Origin: a virus
Taxonomy: Duplodnaviria > Heunggongvirae > Uroviricota > Caudoviricetes
Virus record (IMG/VR): IMGVR_UViG_2627854143_000002
Length of the DNA: 14,559 nucleotides
Strand: one strand, 5' to 3'
Shown: positions 13,155 to 14,559 of the stretch, piece after piece
Position numbering within the stretch: position 1 is the stretch's first letter
Layout: each line of letters opens with the position of its first letter
Notes under the pieces: generated by a model
The model's database searches: none
Seen by the model: the letters and a program-made list of their open reading frames with translations, nothing else
Told to the model about the DNA's origin: nothing
Program-made: the position numbers and the translations under genes

Positions 13155-13527
13155 GCAACGTTGCTACGGCGGCGAACACCTCTTCTGAGACGCCGGCGTC
13201 ATTGGCTCGCTTGATCTCCGAAATCAATCTCTGCACGTGAAGCGGAAGCGCGCGTGGTGCTTCCGCCGCACGATCATGTGTCTGAGGGCTATACAGCTCC
13301 GCCACGAACTTCGGGCCGCGCTCGGTAAGAAGCCACTCGCACGTCACTCCAAACGGGATTGCCAATGCCGCCAGAGTTTCCATCTCAGGCACTGAGCCGC
13401 CCCGCAAAATGCGGCTGATCGTTGGCTGCGGTACCCCAGTGTCGCGTGAAAGCTTGCTCTGCCCGCGTTCCCCGTAGTTGGGATGGGCATGCAGCAGCTC
13501 TCTCAATCGGTCACCGACTTTTTTCAT
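13090..13527 (-). CDS. cI: CI-like XRE repressor without an S24 peptidase domain, 145 aa
   Basis: HTH 'QSKLSRDTGVPQPTISRILRG...TLAALAIPFGVTCEWLL'; divergent from cro. The ~70-aa C-terminal part shows no S24 'GDSM'-type motif and is too short for that domain. ATG 13527 preferred because 13557 lies in the -35 box. Confidence 0.88.
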   Translation of the reverse strand: MKKVGDRLRELLHAHPNYGERGQSKLSRDTGVPQPTISRILRGGSVPEMETLAALAIPFGVTCEWLLTERGPKFVAELYSPQTHDRAAEAPRALPLHVQRLISEIKRANDAGVSEEVFAAVATLLRSIPAQHNSDDDGNLPHLQP

Positions 13528-13533
13528 GGCGTG

Positions 13534-13562
13534 ACTATGCGTCAATGAATAGGCCATATCAA
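13534..13562 (-). promoter_or_regulatory. PRM-like promoter for cI (leaderless)
   Basis: Minus strand TTGATA(13562-57)-N17-CATAGT(13539-34)-N6-ATG(13527). Confidence 0.7.
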
Positions 13563-13606
13563 CAAATCACTCGATCGCGCATTGACAATTAGTCATTCGC
13601 GTATAG
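13535..13606. promoter_or_regulatory. OR: two 18-bp operators
   Basis: CTATGCGTCAATGAATAG (13535-13552, plus) and CTATACGCGAATGACTAA (13606-13589, minus); the latter has its first 14 nt identical to OL1. Confidence 0.75.
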
Positions 13607-13609
13607 AAT
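13582..13609 (+). promoter_or_regulatory. PR-like promoter for cro
   Basis: TTGACA(13582-87)-N16-TAGAAT(13604-09)-N6-ATG(13616). Confidence 0.8.
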
Positions 13610-13615
13610 GTCCGC

Positions 13616-13822
13616 ATGGACATGCCAACTACTGCCACCGCGCTTCTCAGCGACATCAAGGCCCAGCGAGACTTGAGCGAAGTCGCGATCGCGCGTCGTC
13701 TCCAGATTTCCCAGCCGACGGTCAATCGAATCCTGCGAGGGAAATCGGACTGCAAGAGCAGTACGTTTGTGGCGATACAAGCATGGTGGAAAGAGCTCGC
13801 CCAACAAAAGGAGACCGCATGA
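13616..13822 (+). CDS. cro: Cro-like HTH protein, 68 aa
   Basis: 'LSEVAIARRLQISQPTVNRILRG'. The recognition helix QPTVNRI closely resembles QPTISRI of CI. Confidence 0.88.
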   Translation: MDMPTTATALLSDIKAQRDLSEVAIARRLQISQPTVNRILRGKSDCKSSTFVAIQAWWKELAQQKETA

Positions 13823-14007
13823 AGCGCCTGTACGCACGTTTAGTCCTCTGGCTGATTCGGCCGGCGCTCAACTTGCGGACTGAGCGCCAGAAAGCCGCGG
13901 TCCGTTACTACGAGGCAGCTATCGGATCGACTGGGCCAAGTTGGAGAAGCCTTCGGAATACCGTTCAAACGACGACAGGACGCCATCGCCGGCCCGTTCG
14001 CTGTTGA
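13819..14007 (+). CDS. Small phage hypothetical protein, 62 aa
   Basis: AAGGAG RBS and ATGA overlap with the cro stop; MKRLYARLVLWLIRPAL... Confidence 0.7.
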   Translation: MKRLYARLVLWLIRPALNLRTERQKAAVRYYEAAIGSTGPSWRSLRNTVQTTTGRHRRPVRC

Positions 14008-14173
14008 GCAATGTCACACGAGCCACCTCAAGTGCTTGAGTGTGCTCCGTGATGAACCGATTGAGTTGATCTTTGGACATCGACCGAAGTAGAGCGTCAA
14101 CGACTGCAAGAAGCGCCATGTTTTCGCCCTTCAGTTCACAGATCCGGTCAGCCGCGTCTTTTAGATCCTTCAT
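13919..14173 (-). CDS. Helical hypothetical protein, 84 aa, antisense within the PR operon
   Basis: GGGGA-N5-ATG; amphipathic helical sequence; TAGAAT about 40 nt upstream on the minus strand. Confidence 0.6.
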   Translation of the reverse strand: MKDLKDAADRICELKGENMALLAVVDALLRSMSKDQLNRFITEHTQALEVARVTLLNSERAGDGVLSSFERYSEGFSNLAQSIR

Positions 14174-14358
14174 GGGGGTCCCCGTATGGAAATGGTTGTG
14201 TGAGAGCTGCCAATTCTAAGGCGAAAGCTCGGGACCCTCGCCCAATGCAGTAGATCGCGCCTGCATGGCGCGGTTGAGGAAGTTGAATTTTCGTTCGCAT
14301 CATAGGGACACACTTTAGTAGTCTTTACCGCGACAAACAACGTTCAGATGAGGATTGA

Positions 14359-14559
14359 ATGAACATCATCGACGCCGCATACGCGGTTGTTCACGATTAC
14401 CCGGGCGGCAGTGAGTCGCTCGCGCCGCGTCTCGGTATGTCGGCGGCGGTGCTGCGGAACAAGGTGAACCCGAACAACGCTACGCATCACCTCGGGCTCG
14501 CTGACGCGGTTCGCGCGACGGACGTGACCAACGACGATCGGATGCTCGAAGCGTGGGCA
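14359..14559 (+). CDS. cII: Phage regulatory protein CII (CP76/186-CII-like), partial, runs off the window
   Basis: GAGGA RBS; MNIIDAAYAVVHDYPGGSESLAPRLGMSAAVLRNKVNPNNATHHLGLADAVRATDVTNDDRMLEAWA shows the 'LA..LG.S...LRNK.NP....HHL' signature. Not in the ORF track. Confidence 0.88.
   Translation, partial: MNIIDAAYAVVHDYPGGSESLAPRLGMSAAVLRNKVNPNNATHHLGLADAVRATDVTNDDRMLEAWA

Larger units (their letters stand above)
1..14559. mobile_element. Left arm of a lambdoid-like prophage (int to cII), continuing beyond both window edges
   Basis: Gene order int, xis/AlpA, leftward early operon, PL/OL, cI, cro, cII is the canonical lambdoid layout. No att site can be identified inside the window. Confidence 0.95.

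Noticed and set aside
13582-13818. 141-aa extension of the post-cro ORF starting at TTG 13582
   Set aside because: The TTG is part of the PR -35 box and the extension overlaps cro; ATG 13819 has a strong SD and ATGA coupling.

Overview
The whole window is the left arm of a lambdoid-style temperate prophage in a GC-rich betaproteobacterium, probably Burkholderia (inferred from gene families, not verified). Left to right it contains: (1) a P4-type tyrosine integrase converging on an AlpA-type excisionase; (2) three plus-strand accessory (moron) genes that appear to have replaced most of a Gp37/Gp68 (DUF5131) gene; (3) a ~8 kb leftward early operon of phage hypothetical genes, an SPFH lipoprotein, several small genes absent from the ORF track and one more moron; (4) PL with two operators; (5) cargo in the lambda rexAB position: a lipoprotein and a DUF4760-like membrane protein preceded by an 11-aa ORF; (6) a LexA-box-controlled gene converging on a short CI that lacks a peptidase domain; (7) cro, two small ORFs and the start of a CII (CP76-like) gene. 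The strongest leads are an SOS-driven antirepressor switch, the MKKALMEGWDG/DUF4760 pair, a twice-repeated RNA motif placed 1 nt before intrinsic terminators, and a 10-bp promoter signature shared by the plus-strand morons. All family assignments come from motif recognition; no database search was run.
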